DNA from: Alphaproteobacteria bacterium
GTDB lineage: Bacteria; Pseudomonadota; Alphaproteobacteria; UBA828
DNA length: 64,000 nt
NCBI GenBank assembly: GCA_963667785.2
Contig: CAXXMU010000002.1
Coordinates: 32,001-96,000, forward strand
Reading direction: 5' to 3'
Part shown: piece after piece, positions 9,759 to 19,254 of the stretch
Layout of the letters: every line of letters begins with the position of its first letter
Numbering within the stretch: the stretch's first letter is position 1
The notes under the pieces: generated by a model
Seen by the model: the letters and a program-made list of their open reading frames with translations, nothing else
What the model was told of the DNA's origin: nothing
The model's database searches: none
Translations under genes and position numbers: made by a program

Positions 9759-10871
9759 ATAAATAACCGGCCACATATTGTACGGTTCGACCGCGTACAA
9801 AAGAGCTACGACGGCGAAACCCTGGTCGTGAAGGATCTCAATCTGAGCATCGAGACCGGGGAATTCCTCACCATGCTCGGGCCGTCGGGCTCCGGCAAGA
9901 CCACCTGCCTGATGATGCTCGCCGGCTTCGAGCCGGCCACCCACGGCGAGATCTATCTCAACGATCGCCCGGTCAACAAGGTTGCGCCGCACCGGCGCAA
10001 CATCGGCATGGTCTTTCAGGATTACGCGCTTTTTCCGCACATGACGGTGTCGGAGAATCTGGCGTTTCCCCTGCGGGTTCGCAGGACGTCGAAGGCGGAC
10101 ACCGAAGCGAAGGTCAAGCGGGCGCTCGAGATGGTCCGCCTGCCCGCCTTCGGCAACCGGCGGCCGGCGCAGCTATCCGGCGGCCAGCAGCAGCGCGTCG
10201 CGGTGGCCCGCGCGCTGGTCTTCGAGCCCGACCTGGTGCTGATGGACGAGCCGCTCGGCGCATTGGACAAGAACCTGCGCGAGGAGATGCAGTACGAAAT
10301 CAAGCACATTCACGAGCAGCTCGGCGTCACCGTTGTTTACGTGACCCACGATCAGTCGGAAGCGCTGACGATGTCGAACCGCATCGCGGTTTTCGACGAT
10401 GGCGTGATCCAGCAATTAGCGAGCCCCAGCGCACTGTACGAGGAGCCGGAAAATTGCTTCGTCGCCCAGTTTATCGGCGAGAACAATCGGCTGTACGGCA
10501 AAGTCACGTCCGTAGAGGGCTCGTATTGTCGTGTCGCTCTGGACGGTGGCGGCACCGTTTTCGCCCGCAAGATAAAGTGCGAGGGAGAGGGGGCGCGAAC
10601 GACCCTCTCGCTGCGTCCCGAGCGGGTCGTGATTGCGCCGGCGGAGGACGGTACCGACAACTCCATCGTCGGCCGCGTTCAGGAGCTCATTTACCTGGGC
10701 GATCACATTCGGGCGCGGTTGGCGGTTGCCGGCAACGACGAGTTCGTCGTGAAGATTCCGAACACGGAGAGGCAGGTCGACCTCCGCGAAGGCATGGACG
10801 TCGATCTCGGCTGGGCCGCCGACGATTGCCGGGCGCTCGACGCGCCGGGAGAGGGAGCCCAAGCCGGATAG
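9759..10871 (+). CDS. potA: Polyamine-type ABC transporter ATP-binding protein (start uncertain, probably ATA at 9759)
   Basis: GPSGSGKT, LSGGQQQR, LMDEP, VYVTHDQ, C-terminal TOBE-like region. AGGAG lies 8 nt upstream of an in-frame ATA. Confidence 0.85.
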   Translation: MNNRPHIVRFDRVQKSYDGETLVVKDLNLSIETGEFLTMLGPSGSGKTTCLMMLAGFEPATHGEIYLNDRPVNKVAPHRRNIGMVFQDYALFPHMTVSENLAFPLRVRRTSKADTEAKVKRALEMVRLPAFGNRRPAQLSGGQQQRVAVARALVFEPDLVLMDEPLGALDKNLREEMQYEIKHIHEQLGVTVVYVTHDQSEALTMSNRIAVFDDGVIQQLASPSALYEEPENCFVAQFIGENNRLYGKVTSVEGSYCRVALDGGGTVFARKIKCEGEGARTTLSLRPERVVIAPAEDGTDNSIVGRVQELIYLGDHIRARLAVAGNDEFVVKIPNTERQVDLREGMDVDLGWAADDCRALDAPGEGAQAG

Positions 10872-10962
10872 CGAAGCAAGAGAGATCAAGAGTGTCGGGA
10901 CGGCTCGACACGAACCTTGAGAACCCGCCGGCGTCGCCGGCCAACAAGGAGGAGATAGGACA

Positions 10963-12066
10963 ATGAGATGGCTGTTGAGCACAACGGTGGTTGCGGCAGG
11001 CATGGCACTTGCCGCCGGCAGCGCCCAGGCGGTGGACCTCACGATCGTGTCGTGGGGCGGCGCCTATACGGCGAGCCAGCAAAAGGCCTACCACGACCCC
11101 TACATGGCGGCGAATCCCGACGTCAACATCATCAATGACGACAACGCGGCGGAGGGCCTGGCGAAGGTGAGGGCGCAGGTCGAGTCCGGCAACGTCACCT
11201 GGGACATCGTCGACATGGTCGCGGCCGACGCGATTACCGCGTGCGACGAAGGCCTGATCATGGAGATCGATCCGGACACCTGGCTCGCAGCGGCACCCGA
11301 CGGAACGCCCGCGTCGGAGGACTTCTTCGCCGGCACGCTCTCGCCGGGGGGCACCAACTGCTTCATCCCGCAGATCGTCTATTCCACCACCTTCGGCTAT
11401 CGCACGGACGCCTTCGAGGGTGACCAGCCCTCCACGATCGCCGACGTGTTCGATATCGAGAAGTATCCCGGCAAGCGCTCGCTGGAGCGCCGGCCCATCA
11501 ACAATCTCGAATGGGCCTTGCTGGCCGATGGTGTCGCGCCGGCCGACGTCTACGGCATGCTCAGCACGGACGAGGGCGTGGCACGGGCCCTGGCCAAGCT
11601 GGATACCATCAAGGACCAGGTGGTCTGGTGGACCAAGGGCGCCCAGCCGCCGCAGCTTCTGGCGGACGGCGAGGTGGTGATCGCCTCTGCCTATAACGGC
11701 CGCCTCTTCTCGGCCATCGCCGAGAAGAACCAGCCCATCGCCATGCTGTGGGATCGCCAGGTGTTCGATCTCGACGGCTGGGTCGTGCCGATGGGCGTGA
11801 AGGATCTCGACGCGGTGAAGGCGTATCTCCACTACGCCACCGACACGCAGCGTCTGGCCGACCAGGCGAAGTTCATCTCCTACGGTCCGGCGCGCTACTC
11901 GTCGGCGCCGCTGGTGGGCAATCACGCCGATCTCGGCATCGACATGAAGCCCCACATGCCGACCGATCCCAACAACGCCAAGACCCTCTTCGACTTCGAC
12001 TACGTCTGGTGGGCGGACCACCGGGCGGAGCTCGACGAGGTGTTCAACACATGGCTCGCCAAGTAG
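10963..12066 (+). CDS. Polyamine-type ABC transporter substrate-binding protein (PotD/PotF family)
   Basis: Signal peptide, SWGGAY..SQ, VTWDIVD, QLLADGEV. AAGGAGG RBS. Confidence 0.9.
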   Translation: MRWLLSTTVVAAGMALAAGSAQAVDLTIVSWGGAYTASQQKAYHDPYMAANPDVNIINDDNAAEGLAKVRAQVESGNVTWDIVDMVAADAITACDEGLIMEIDPDTWLAAAPDGTPASEDFFAGTLSPGGTNCFIPQIVYSTTFGYRTDAFEGDQPSTIADVFDIEKYPGKRSLERRPINNLEWALLADGVAPADVYGMLSTDEGVARALAKLDTIKDQVVWWTKGAQPPQLLADGEVVIASAYNGRLFSAIAEKNQPIAMLWDRQVFDLDGWVVPMGVKDLDAVKAYLHYATDTQRLADQAKFISYGPARYSSAPLVGNHADLGIDMKPHMPTDPNNAKTLFDFDYVWWADHRAELDEVFNTWLAK

Positions 12067-12084
12067 CAGCCTGTTAGCGGGGCG

Positions 12085-12126
12085 AGGGACGGGGTGCCTC
12101 CGGGCAGCCCGTCCCTTCCCCTTTTC
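12085..12126 (+). terminator. GC hairpin plus pyrimidine tract after the substrate-binding gene (attenuator or mRNA stabiliser)
   Basis: AGGGACGGG-GTGCC-TCCG-GGCAG-CCCGTCCCT followed by TCCCCTTTT. Confidence 0.55.
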
Positions 12127-12158
12127 TAGGGCAGCGGGGGAGGGCAGGTTCGGCTCCG

Positions 12159-13421
12159 ATGGCGACAGGCGCCGACAGCATCATCCGAACCGCCGACGGC
12201 GTGCCGCTCAAGACGAGCCTGCGGCGGGCGACGGCCCGCAGGCGCGTCCGTACATTCCTGCTGGTCGTGCCCATTCTGGCGTTCTTGCTGATCACCTTCG
12301 TTTTCCCGGTGATCGACATGCTGTTCCGGAGCGTCGATAACCAGATCGTTTCGTCCGTCCTTCCCCGCACCACGCTGGCCATTCAAAGCTGGGATCCCGC
12401 GAGCGAGGAGCTGCCTCCGGACTTCGTGTACGAAGCCCTGGTACTGGACGTTCAGGACTCCTTCGAAGACAAGACGTTGGGCCGCGCCGGGCGGCGCCTG
12501 AACTACGAACAGTCCGGCGTGATGAGCCTGTTCCGGAAATCGGGACGACGAGCGAAACGCATCACCGAAGCCCCCTTCAAGGACCAGGTCATCGCGATCG
12601 ATAATCGATGGGCGGATCTGGAAATCTGGCAGCTCATTCACCAGGAATCGAGCAACGTCACCGCAAGCTACTTTCTGTCGGCGATCGACCTTCAGATCGA
12701 CTACAAGGGCGAGATTTCCTGGAAGGCGGAAGAACGACGAATATACCTGTTTCTGTTCTATCGCACGTTGTGGATGAGCGCGCTCATTACGGTATTCTGC
12801 CTGCTTCTCGGCTACCCGATTGCCTTCCTTCTGGCCACGTTACCGTCGCGACACAGCAATCTTTTGCTCGTACTCGTTCTGCTTCCGTTCTGGACCTCCT
12901 TGCTGGTCCGAACGACCGCGTGGATTGCGCTGCTTCAATCCGAGGGCGTCCTGAACGACCTGATGGTGTTCCTGGGCATCATTTCCGAAGACGGTCGCCT
13001 GCAGATGATTCACAACAAGTTCGGTACGTTCGTGGCTATGACGCACATTCTTCTACCCTTCATGATCCTGCCGCTTTACTCGGTGATGAAGACAATTCCG
13101 TCGTCCTACATGCGCGCTGCACGCTCGCTCGGCGCCTCGCCCTTTACCGGCTTCGTCAAGGTCTACATGCCGAATACCGTGCCGGGAATCGGCGCGGGCT
13201 GCATCCTGGTCTTCATCCTGTCCATCGGCTACTACATCACGCCGGCGCTGGTCGGCGGACGAACCGGTACCTTCATTTCGAACATCATCGCCCTTCATAT
13301 CGGCGAGACGTTGAACTGGGGCCTGGCCGCGGCGCTGGGCGTGATTTTGCTGGCGCTCGTCCTGTTGCTTTACTTCCTCTATGACCGGATCGTCGGCGTC
13401 AACAACATGAAGCTCGGGTAG
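12159..13421 (+). CDS. potB: ABC transporter permease (PotB family)
   Basis: LLPFWTSLLVRT.AW, LPFMILPLY, AARSLGA, P.TVPGI.AG, YYITPALVGG. Confidence 0.88.
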   Translation: MATGADSIIRTADGVPLKTSLRRATARRRVRTFLLVVPILAFLLITFVFPVIDMLFRSVDNQIVSSVLPRTTLAIQSWDPASEELPPDFVYEALVLDVQDSFEDKTLGRAGRRLNYEQSGVMSLFRKSGRRAKRITEAPFKDQVIAIDNRWADLEIWQLIHQESSNVTASYFLSAIDLQIDYKGEISWKAEERRIYLFLFYRTLWMSALITVFCLLLGYPIAFLLATLPSRHSNLLLVLVLLPFWTSLLVRTTAWIALLQSEGVLNDLMVFLGIISEDGRLQMIHNKFGTFVAMTHILLPFMILPLYSVMKTIPSSYMRAARSLGASPFTGFVKVYMPNTVPGIGAGCILVFILSIGYYITPALVGGRTGTFISNIIALHIGETLNWGLAAALGVILLALVLLLYFLYDRIVGVNNMKLG

Positions 13422-13426
13422 AGCCG

Positions 13427-14275
13427 ATGCCGCCGCCGCTGCACGCGACTCACTCGGAACGGGTCTGGTACTACGCGTTTCGAGTCATCTGCGTGCTGAT
13501 CTTCATCTTCCTGGTCGGTCCGATTTTCGTCATCGTTCCGCTCAGCTTCAACGAGCTTCCCTACTTCACCTTCACGCCGGAAATGCTCTCGTTCGATCCG
13601 GCGGGCTACAGCACGAAATGGTATCAGGAGTTCTTCACCGAGGACTCGTGGCAACGAGCCGTACAGAACAGCTTTCTCATAGCGGTATTCGCCACGCTTA
13701 TTTCCACCTTCCTCGGCACGCTCGCGGCGCTCGGGCTGAGCCGGCCCGAAATGCCCTTCCGCAAGACCATCATGGCGCTGCTGATATCGCCGATGATCGT
13801 GCCGCTCATCATCTCGGCGGCGGGGATGTACTTCTTCTACGCCCGCATCGGCCTCGCTTCGACCCATGTCGGCGTCATCCTCGCCCACGCGGCTTTGGGT
13901 ATTCCGTTCGTCATCATCACGGTGACGGCGACGCTGGTCGGCTTCGACCACTCCCTCACCCGCGCGGCGTCCAGCCTCGGCTCGAGCCCTACCCGGACCT
14001 TCTTCGTGGTGATCGTGCCGCTGATCCTGCCCGGCGTCATATCGGGCGCGCTGCTGGCCTTCATCACCTCCTTCGACGAGGTTGTCGTGGTCCTCTTCGT
14101 CGGCTCGGTCGAGCAGCGAACGATTCCCTGGAAGATGTTCTCAGGGATACGGGAAGAAATTCGTCCGACCATTCTCGCCGTCGCCACTCTGCTCGTGATC
14201 GTGTCGATCCTCTTGCTGACGATGGTGGAGCTGCTGCGACGGCGCAGCGAGCGGCTACGCGGAATCCGCGGCTGA
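13427..14275 (+). CDS. potC: ABC transporter permease (PotC family)
   Basis: IVPLSFN, YS.KWY, SPMIVP.II, AA.SLG, AFITSFDEVV. Confidence 0.88.
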   Translation: MPPPLHATHSERVWYYAFRVICVLIFIFLVGPIFVIVPLSFNELPYFTFTPEMLSFDPAGYSTKWYQEFFTEDSWQRAVQNSFLIAVFATLISTFLGTLAALGLSRPEMPFRKTIMALLISPMIVPLIISAAGMYFFYARIGLASTHVGVILAHAALGIPFVIITVTATLVGFDHSLTRAASSLGSSPTRTFFVVIVPLILPGVISGALLAFITSFDEVVVVLFVGSVEQRTIPWKMFSGIREEIRPTILAVATLLVIVSILLLTMVELLRRRSERLRGIRG

Positions 14276-14304
14276 CGTGGCCCGGCCGCGCCGGGCATCT
14301 TGGG

Positions 14305-14538
14305 CTACGGCACAGTCCGACCGGACGAGACCATACCCAGTCGCCACACGTTCTCACCTTACTGTGCGGTGCCTGCCGGAACCCCCCACCTCTCCCCGGC
14401 CCTCTCCTCCCTGGCAGGGAGGAGAGAGAGACAAGGCTCGCGCCGCTTTCGTTCCCCCTCCTCCTGGGAGGAGGGGGACAGGGGGAGGTGGGAGTCGTTC
14501 GGCCTGTCGTGACCCGGTATGGTCGGATAACGGGCTAG
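14305..14538. repeat. Intergenic palindromic repeat, family A copy 1 (reverse orientation)
   Basis: Its reverse complement aligns with 26724-26937 and 62327-62552: TTATCCGACCATAC..CTCCCACCTCCCCCTGTCCCCCTCC..GGAGGGGGAACG..GGAGAGGGCCGGGG.GAGGTGGGGG..CACCGCAC. Confidence 0.85.
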
Positions 14539-15425
14539 GCGGGGCCGGGGCGGTCGATCAGGGTCGCGATCACCGGGTGGTAGCGCGCGCCGAGCCCGCT
14601 CTCGATGGCCTCGGCGAACAGCGCCTTGACCAGCGCCGCGCCCTCGGCGTCGATGCCGGCGTCGGCCGCGAGAGCGAGCGCGTAGTCGAGGTCCTTCATC
14701 GCGTAAGAGACGGGGAAGGCGCCCTCGGGGAAGCGCTCTTCGAGGATCGCCTTCATGCCGTGGTTGCGCAGCGCGAAGCTGTCGCCCGAGCTGCGGCTCA
14801 CCGCCTCCATGAAGGTCGCGGGCTCGATCCCCTGGCGGCGCGCGATGGCGAGCGCTTCGGCCAGCGCACGCACGTTCTGGAACAGGATCATGTTGTTCAG
14901 GACCTTCACCGCCTGCCCGGTGCCGGCCGGGCCGCAGTGGGTGACGTCCGTCGCGACATGGCACAGCAGCGGCCGCAGCCGCGCCACCAGCGCCGCATCG
15001 CCCCCCACCATGATGCTGAGGGTTCCCTCGATCGCGGCCTGGCGCGTGCGCGCGACGGGGGCATCGGCGAAGGCGATGCCGCGTGCGGCGAAGGCGCCCT
15101 CGAGCTCGCGGGCGAGCGCCGGCGGGGCGGTGCTGGTGTCGACGACGGTGCGCCCCTCCGGCAGGTGCCGGATCAGACCGTCGTCGCCGAGGCAGACCGC
15201 CCGCACCTCCCGGCCGGAGGGGAGGGAGAGGAAGATCAGGTCGGCCGCCTCGGCGAGCGCGGCGACGCCGGGCGCGATGCCGGCACCGTCGGCGGCGAGC
15301 CGTTCCAGCGGCGCCGGGTCGAGGTCGCAGGCCGTGACCGGGCCGTCGTGCTTGCGCACGAGGTTGCGGCACATGGGCTCGCCCATGACGCCTGTGCCGA
15401 TGAAGCCGATGCGCTCGCCGCTCAT
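14535..15425 (-). CDS. NAD(P)-dependent 3-hydroxyisobutyrate/tartronate semialdehyde dehydrogenase family
   Basis: IGFIGTGVMGEPM, DAPV, GTLSIMVGG, G.GQAVKVLNN, KDL. ATGA overlap with tcuA. Confidence 0.9.
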   Translation of the reverse strand: MSGERIGFIGTGVMGEPMCRNLVRKHDGPVTACDLDPAPLERLAADGAGIAPGVAALAEAADLIFLSLPSGREVRAVCLGDDGLIRHLPEGRTVVDTSTAPPALARELEGAFAARGIAFADAPVARTRQAAIEGTLSIMVGGDAALVARLRPLLCHVATDVTHCGPAGTGQAVKVLNNMILFQNVRALAEALAIARRQGIEPATFMEAVSRSSGDSFALRNHGMKAILEERFPEGAFPVSYAMKDLDYALALAADAGIDAEGAALVKALFAEAIESGLGARYHPVIATLIDRPGPA

Positions 15426-16924
15426 GCGCCCTCGCCGTCCGTTGCGAAGCGGGCGGCACCGGCGCCGGCGAGGCGGCCGAAGACCGCGCCCGAGACCAGG
15501 CCCGTGCCGCCCGGATAGTTGCCGTAGTAGAGCCCTCCCACCAGCTCGCCCGCTGCGAAGAGGCCGGGGATCGGCGCGCCCGAGACCGCCTGCACCCGCG
15601 CCTCCGGGTCGATGGCGAGCCCGCCGAAGGTGAACGTGATGCCGCAGGTGACGGCATAAGCCTCGAAGGGCGGGGTCTCGATGCGGTTGGCCCAGTTGGA
15701 CTTGGGTGGCGCGAGCCCGCGCGTGCCGCGGCCGTCCTTGACCGTCGGCTCGAAGGGAACCTCCGTCATCACGGCCTCGTTGTAGGCCCGCACGGTCTGG
15801 AGGAAGCGGGCGCCGTCGATGCCCTCCATCCGCGCCGCGAGGTCCTCCAGCGTGCCGGCCTTTGCCTTTGTCACTTGGCGGATGCGGTACTCGTCGCGCA
15901 GCAGGTGGGTCACGCTCGCGTCGAAGACCTGCCACGCCACCTGGCCGGGCTGCTCCAGGATGCGGCGGCCGTAGGCGGCGTAGGTGTAGTTCCGAAAATC
16001 CGCGCCCTCGTCGACGAAGCGCTCGCCCGCCGCGTTGACGACGATCGAGAAGGGATAGCTGTGCTTCTGGAAGCCGTCGCCCACGGCGAGGTCGCCGAAG
16101 TCCGGCGCGTTCCGGTCCCAGGCGACCGCGTGGCAGCCCGACCAGTTGCCGGCCGGCATGGCGCCCGCCTCCAGCGCCATGCGGATGCCGTCGCCCTGGT
16201 TGAAGCGGGTTCCGCGCACCTTGGCGAGGTCCCAGCCCGGCCCCAGATAGCGCGCCCGCCAGGCGGCGTTGGCCTCGAAGCCGCCGCAGGCGAGCACCAC
16301 GGCGCGGGCCCGCACGTCCGCGCTGCGGCCGGCGATCCGCGCCCGCACGCCCTGCACGCCGGCGTCACCGGTCAGCAGGGAGAGCGCCTGCGCCCGGTAG
16401 TGGACGGCGACGCCCGTCTTCGCCGCCGCCTCGTAGAGCGCCGCGACGAGGCCCGGCCCGCCGCCCCAGGCCTCCACCGCGAGCCCGCCCCAGAAGCGGA
16501 AGCGCCCCTCGCTCCGGAAGGCCTGGCGGCCGTAGCTCGGCTGGAAGCGCACGCCGTTCGCGCGCAGCCAGAGCAGGGTCGGGTGGCTGCGGGTGACGAG
16601 CTGCTCGACCAGGTCCGGGTTGGCGCGGTAGTGCGTCAGCCGCGCCATGTCGTCGTAGTAGTCGTCCGCGGTGTAGGCGCCGAAATCGGTCTCCGCCAGC
16701 TCGCGCTCGGAGAGGTCGGGCATCAGCGCGGCGAGCGCGTCCGGCCCGTCGAAGACCACCCGCATGGCGCCGGCGGTATAGGTGCTGTTGCCGCCGCGCT
16801 CCTCCTCGGGCGCGGTCTCCAGCAGCCGCACCTGCGCGCCGGCCTCGGCCGCGGCGAGCGCGGCTGCGAGGGCGGCGTTGCCGCCGCCCACGACCACCAC
16901 GTCGGCCGTCAACGCGTCGCTCAT
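15422..16924 (-). CDS. tcuA: FAD-dependent tricarballylate dehydrogenase TcuA-like
   Basis: VVGGGNAAL.AA, RGGNS.YT.G.MR, GGFEAN, GERFVDEGADF..YTYA..G, GITFTFGG, NYPGG.GL..GAVFG. Confidence 0.8.
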   Translation of the reverse strand: MSDALTADVVVVGGGNAALAAALAAAEAGAQVRLLETAPEEERGGNSTYTAGAMRVVFDGPDALAALMPDLSERELAETDFGAYTADDYYDDMARLTHYRANPDLVEQLVTRSHPTLLWLRANGVRFQPSYGRQAFRSEGRFRFWGGLAVEAWGGGPGLVAALYEAAAKTGVAVHYRAQALSLLTGDAGVQGVRARIAGRSADVRARAVVLACGGFEANAAWRARYLGPGWDLAKVRGTRFNQGDGIRMALEAGAMPAGNWSGCHAVAWDRNAPDFGDLAVGDGFQKHSYPFSIVVNAAGERFVDEGADFRNYTYAAYGRRILEQPGQVAWQVFDASVTHLLRDEYRIRQVTKAKAGTLEDLAARMEGIDGARFLQTVRAYNEAVMTEVPFEPTVKDGRGTRGLAPPKSNWANRIETPPFEAYAVTCGITFTFGGLAIDPEARVQAVSGAPIPGLFAAGELVGGLYYGNYPGGTGLVSGAVFGRLAGAGAARFATDGEGA

Positions 16925-17028
16925 CCTGCCTCTGCCACCCTTGCCGCCCGGCCGCGCTCGGAGCGGGCCATGGGCCTTGCGCGAGGGGGCAGTGTACTAT
17001 CTCCGCGGCCACGTGCAGGGAGGAACGC

Positions 17029-19080
17029 ATGAGCGCAGCAACGGTCGAGGAAGCGACGTCCGCATCCGGGCTCCGTCTGGTCTGGGAGCCGCTGGAGATC
17101 GGCTCCACGCGGGTCAAGAACCGCATCATGATGACCGCGCAGACCACGCTCTACGGCAGGGACAACGTCCTCGGCGACCGTCACATCGAGTTCTTCCGCG
17201 AGCGCGCGAAGGGGGGCGCGGCGCTCTTCATCACCGAGCAGCAGGCCGGCCACCGGATCAGCAAGGGCTCGTTCTTCGAGGGCTGCTCCGCCTGGGAGAA
17301 GCGCGCCATTCCGCAATACGCGAAGCTCGCCGACGCGGTGCACGAGCACGGCGCGCGGCAGTTCATCCAGCTCTTCGGCTGCGGCGTGCACGACAAGGGC
17401 ACCATGATCATGGACGAGTGGCACCCGCTCTGGGGCGTCTCCAAGCTGCCCTCGATCGTGCACAACGAGATTCCGCTGGTCATGGAGCAGGAGCACATCG
17501 ACGACGTGGTCAGGGAGTTCGGCGAGTCCGCGCTCAACGTGATGGTCTCCGGCTGCGACGGGGTCGAGCTTCACGCCGCGCACAGCTACCTGCTGGGCCA
17601 GTTCCTGAGCCCCGCCTACAACGACCGCACCGATGCCTACGGCGGCTCGGTGCGCAAGCGCTGCCAGATCGTCCTCGAGATCGGCGAATCGGTGCGCGCG
17701 CGCGTCGGCAGCGACTTCACGGTCGGCGTCCGCCTCTCCTTCGACGAGTTCCTGGGCGAGGCCGGGATCACGCCGGACCAGGCCGAGGAGCAGCTCGACG
17801 TGCTCTCGTCGAGCGGCCTCTTCGACTTCTTCAACATCTCGGGCGGCGCCTATCACACGCTGCACCATGCGGTCGCGCCGATGAACGTGGAAGGAGGCTT
17901 CATGATCCCCTTCGCCAGGCGGGCCAAGGCTGTGGTGGGCAACCGGGCCAAGGTGTTCACCGTCGGCCGCATCATCGACCTGCACCAGGCGGAGCGGGCG
18001 CTCGCTGACGGCGCCACCGACATGGTCGCGATGACCCGCGCGCAGATGGCCGAGCCGCACCTGGTGAGGAAGACCCGCGAGGGCCGCGAGAAGGAGATCC
18101 GCCGCTGCATGGGCGCCAACGAATGTGTCGCGCGCCTCTTCGACAACCGGCAGGTCACCTGCGCCGTTAACCCGAGCGTCGGCCGCGAGGCCCGCTGGGG
18201 CAGCGGCACGCTGCAGCCCGTCGCACCGGCGGACGCGAAGTCGATCGTCGTCGTGGGCGGCGGCATCGCCGGGATGAAGACGGCCGCCGTCGCCGGCAGC
18301 CGCGGCCATCGGGTCCGGCTGCTGGAGCGCGAGGATCGCCTCGGCGGCCATCTCAACCTGCTGCTGCGGCTGCCCACGCGCAAGGAATGGGGAATCGCCA
18401 TCGACAATCTGGCGCGCGCCATGGAGGTCGCGGGCGTGGACGTGAGGCTCGGCACCGACGCGACGGCCGACCTGATCGAGCGCGAGGAGCCCGACGCGGT
18501 GGTCGTCGCCACCGGCGCCCGCTGGGACTGCGACGGCCGCAGCCAGTTCCGCCCCGGCAGCCCGCGGCTCGCCGGCACGGAGCAGGAGAACGTCGTCGAC
18601 GTCGGCACGGCGACGGAACGGACGCTCGCCGACGCGGGCGCGCTCGGCAGGCGCGTCGTGATCCTGGAAGAGACCGGCTTCTACCTGCCGCTCGGCCTCG
18701 CCGAGATCCTGGCCGAGGCCGGTGCTGAGGTGGAGATCGTGACGCCCCGCGCCATGGTGGGCGAGGATGCCATGCGCACCCTCGATCTCTCGTTCGTGAT
18801 GCCGCGCCTGGAGGCGGCCGGCGTCGCGCGCAGCGCGCACACGAACGTCGACAGGATCGAGGGCGATGCGGTCCACGTCCGCTCGGTCTGGGGCGGGCAG
18901 GTGCGCGTCATCGAGGGCGTGGACACGGTCGTCGTCTCGATGCTGCGCTCGCCCGAGGACGCGCTCTACCGGGCGCTGCAGGGGCGCATCGGCGCGCTGC
19001 ACCGCGTCGGCGACGCGCTCGCGCCCCGCCGCCCGATCCAGTCCATGTACGAGGGCGAGGAGCTCGGCCGCGCGCTGTAG
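17029..19080 (+). CDS. NADH:flavin oxidoreductase (OYE barrel + Fe-S + FAD domain, FadH/TMADH-like)
   Basis: KNRI, ERAKGG, GVELHAAHSYLLGQFLSP..N.RTD.YGG, C..NPSVG, VVGGGIAG. Confidence 0.9.
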   Translation: MSAATVEEATSASGLRLVWEPLEIGSTRVKNRIMMTAQTTLYGRDNVLGDRHIEFFRERAKGGAALFITEQQAGHRISKGSFFEGCSAWEKRAIPQYAKLADAVHEHGARQFIQLFGCGVHDKGTMIMDEWHPLWGVSKLPSIVHNEIPLVMEQEHIDDVVREFGESALNVMVSGCDGVELHAAHSYLLGQFLSPAYNDRTDAYGGSVRKRCQIVLEIGESVRARVGSDFTVGVRLSFDEFLGEAGITPDQAEEQLDVLSSSGLFDFFNISGGAYHTLHHAVAPMNVEGGFMIPFARRAKAVVGNRAKVFTVGRIIDLHQAERALADGATDMVAMTRAQMAEPHLVRKTREGREKEIRRCMGANECVARLFDNRQVTCAVNPSVGREARWGSGTLQPVAPADAKSIVVVGGGIAGMKTAAVAGSRGHRVRLLEREDRLGGHLNLLLRLPTRKEWGIAIDNLARAMEVAGVDVRLGTDATADLIEREEPDAVVVATGARWDCDGRSQFRPGSPRLAGTEQENVVDVGTATERTLADAGALGRRVVILEETGFYLPLGLAEILAEAGAEVEIVTPRAMVGEDAMRTLDLSFVMPRLEAAGVARSAHTNVDRIEGDAVHVRSVWGGQVRVIEGVDTVVVSMLRSPEDALYRALQGRIGALHRVGDALAPRRPIQSMYEGEELGRAL

Positions 19081-19227
19081 AGCGTATCCGTCTTCGACGG
19101 ATACGCGACAGGCCGCGACTGCGGCCCGCCGCTTATGCGGCGCGCCCGCGCAGGCGCCGGCCGCAGGCCGGCTGCCGTGAGCGACAAAGAGGCTGGAGCG
19201 TTTCCGTGTAAAGCGGACACGCTCTAG
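19078..19227. repeat. Short TAGAGC...GCTCTA-ended inverted-repeat element (~150 bp) with terminal hairpins
   Basis: TAGAGCGTATCCG (19078-19090) matches the reverse complement of CGGACACGCTCTA (19214-19226) at 12/13. Perfect hairpin GCGTATCCGTC-TTC-GACGGATACGC at 19082-19106. Confidence 0.7.
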
Positions 19228-19254
19228 GGTTTGGGGGCCGGCCCGCTCGCACCG

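Noticed and set aside
9580-9770. ykkC/guanidine-I riboswitch (CAGGGTTCC ... GGGATAAA)
   Set aside because: The motifs are too far apart and the conserved 3' AAAAGCCCGGGAG element is missing.
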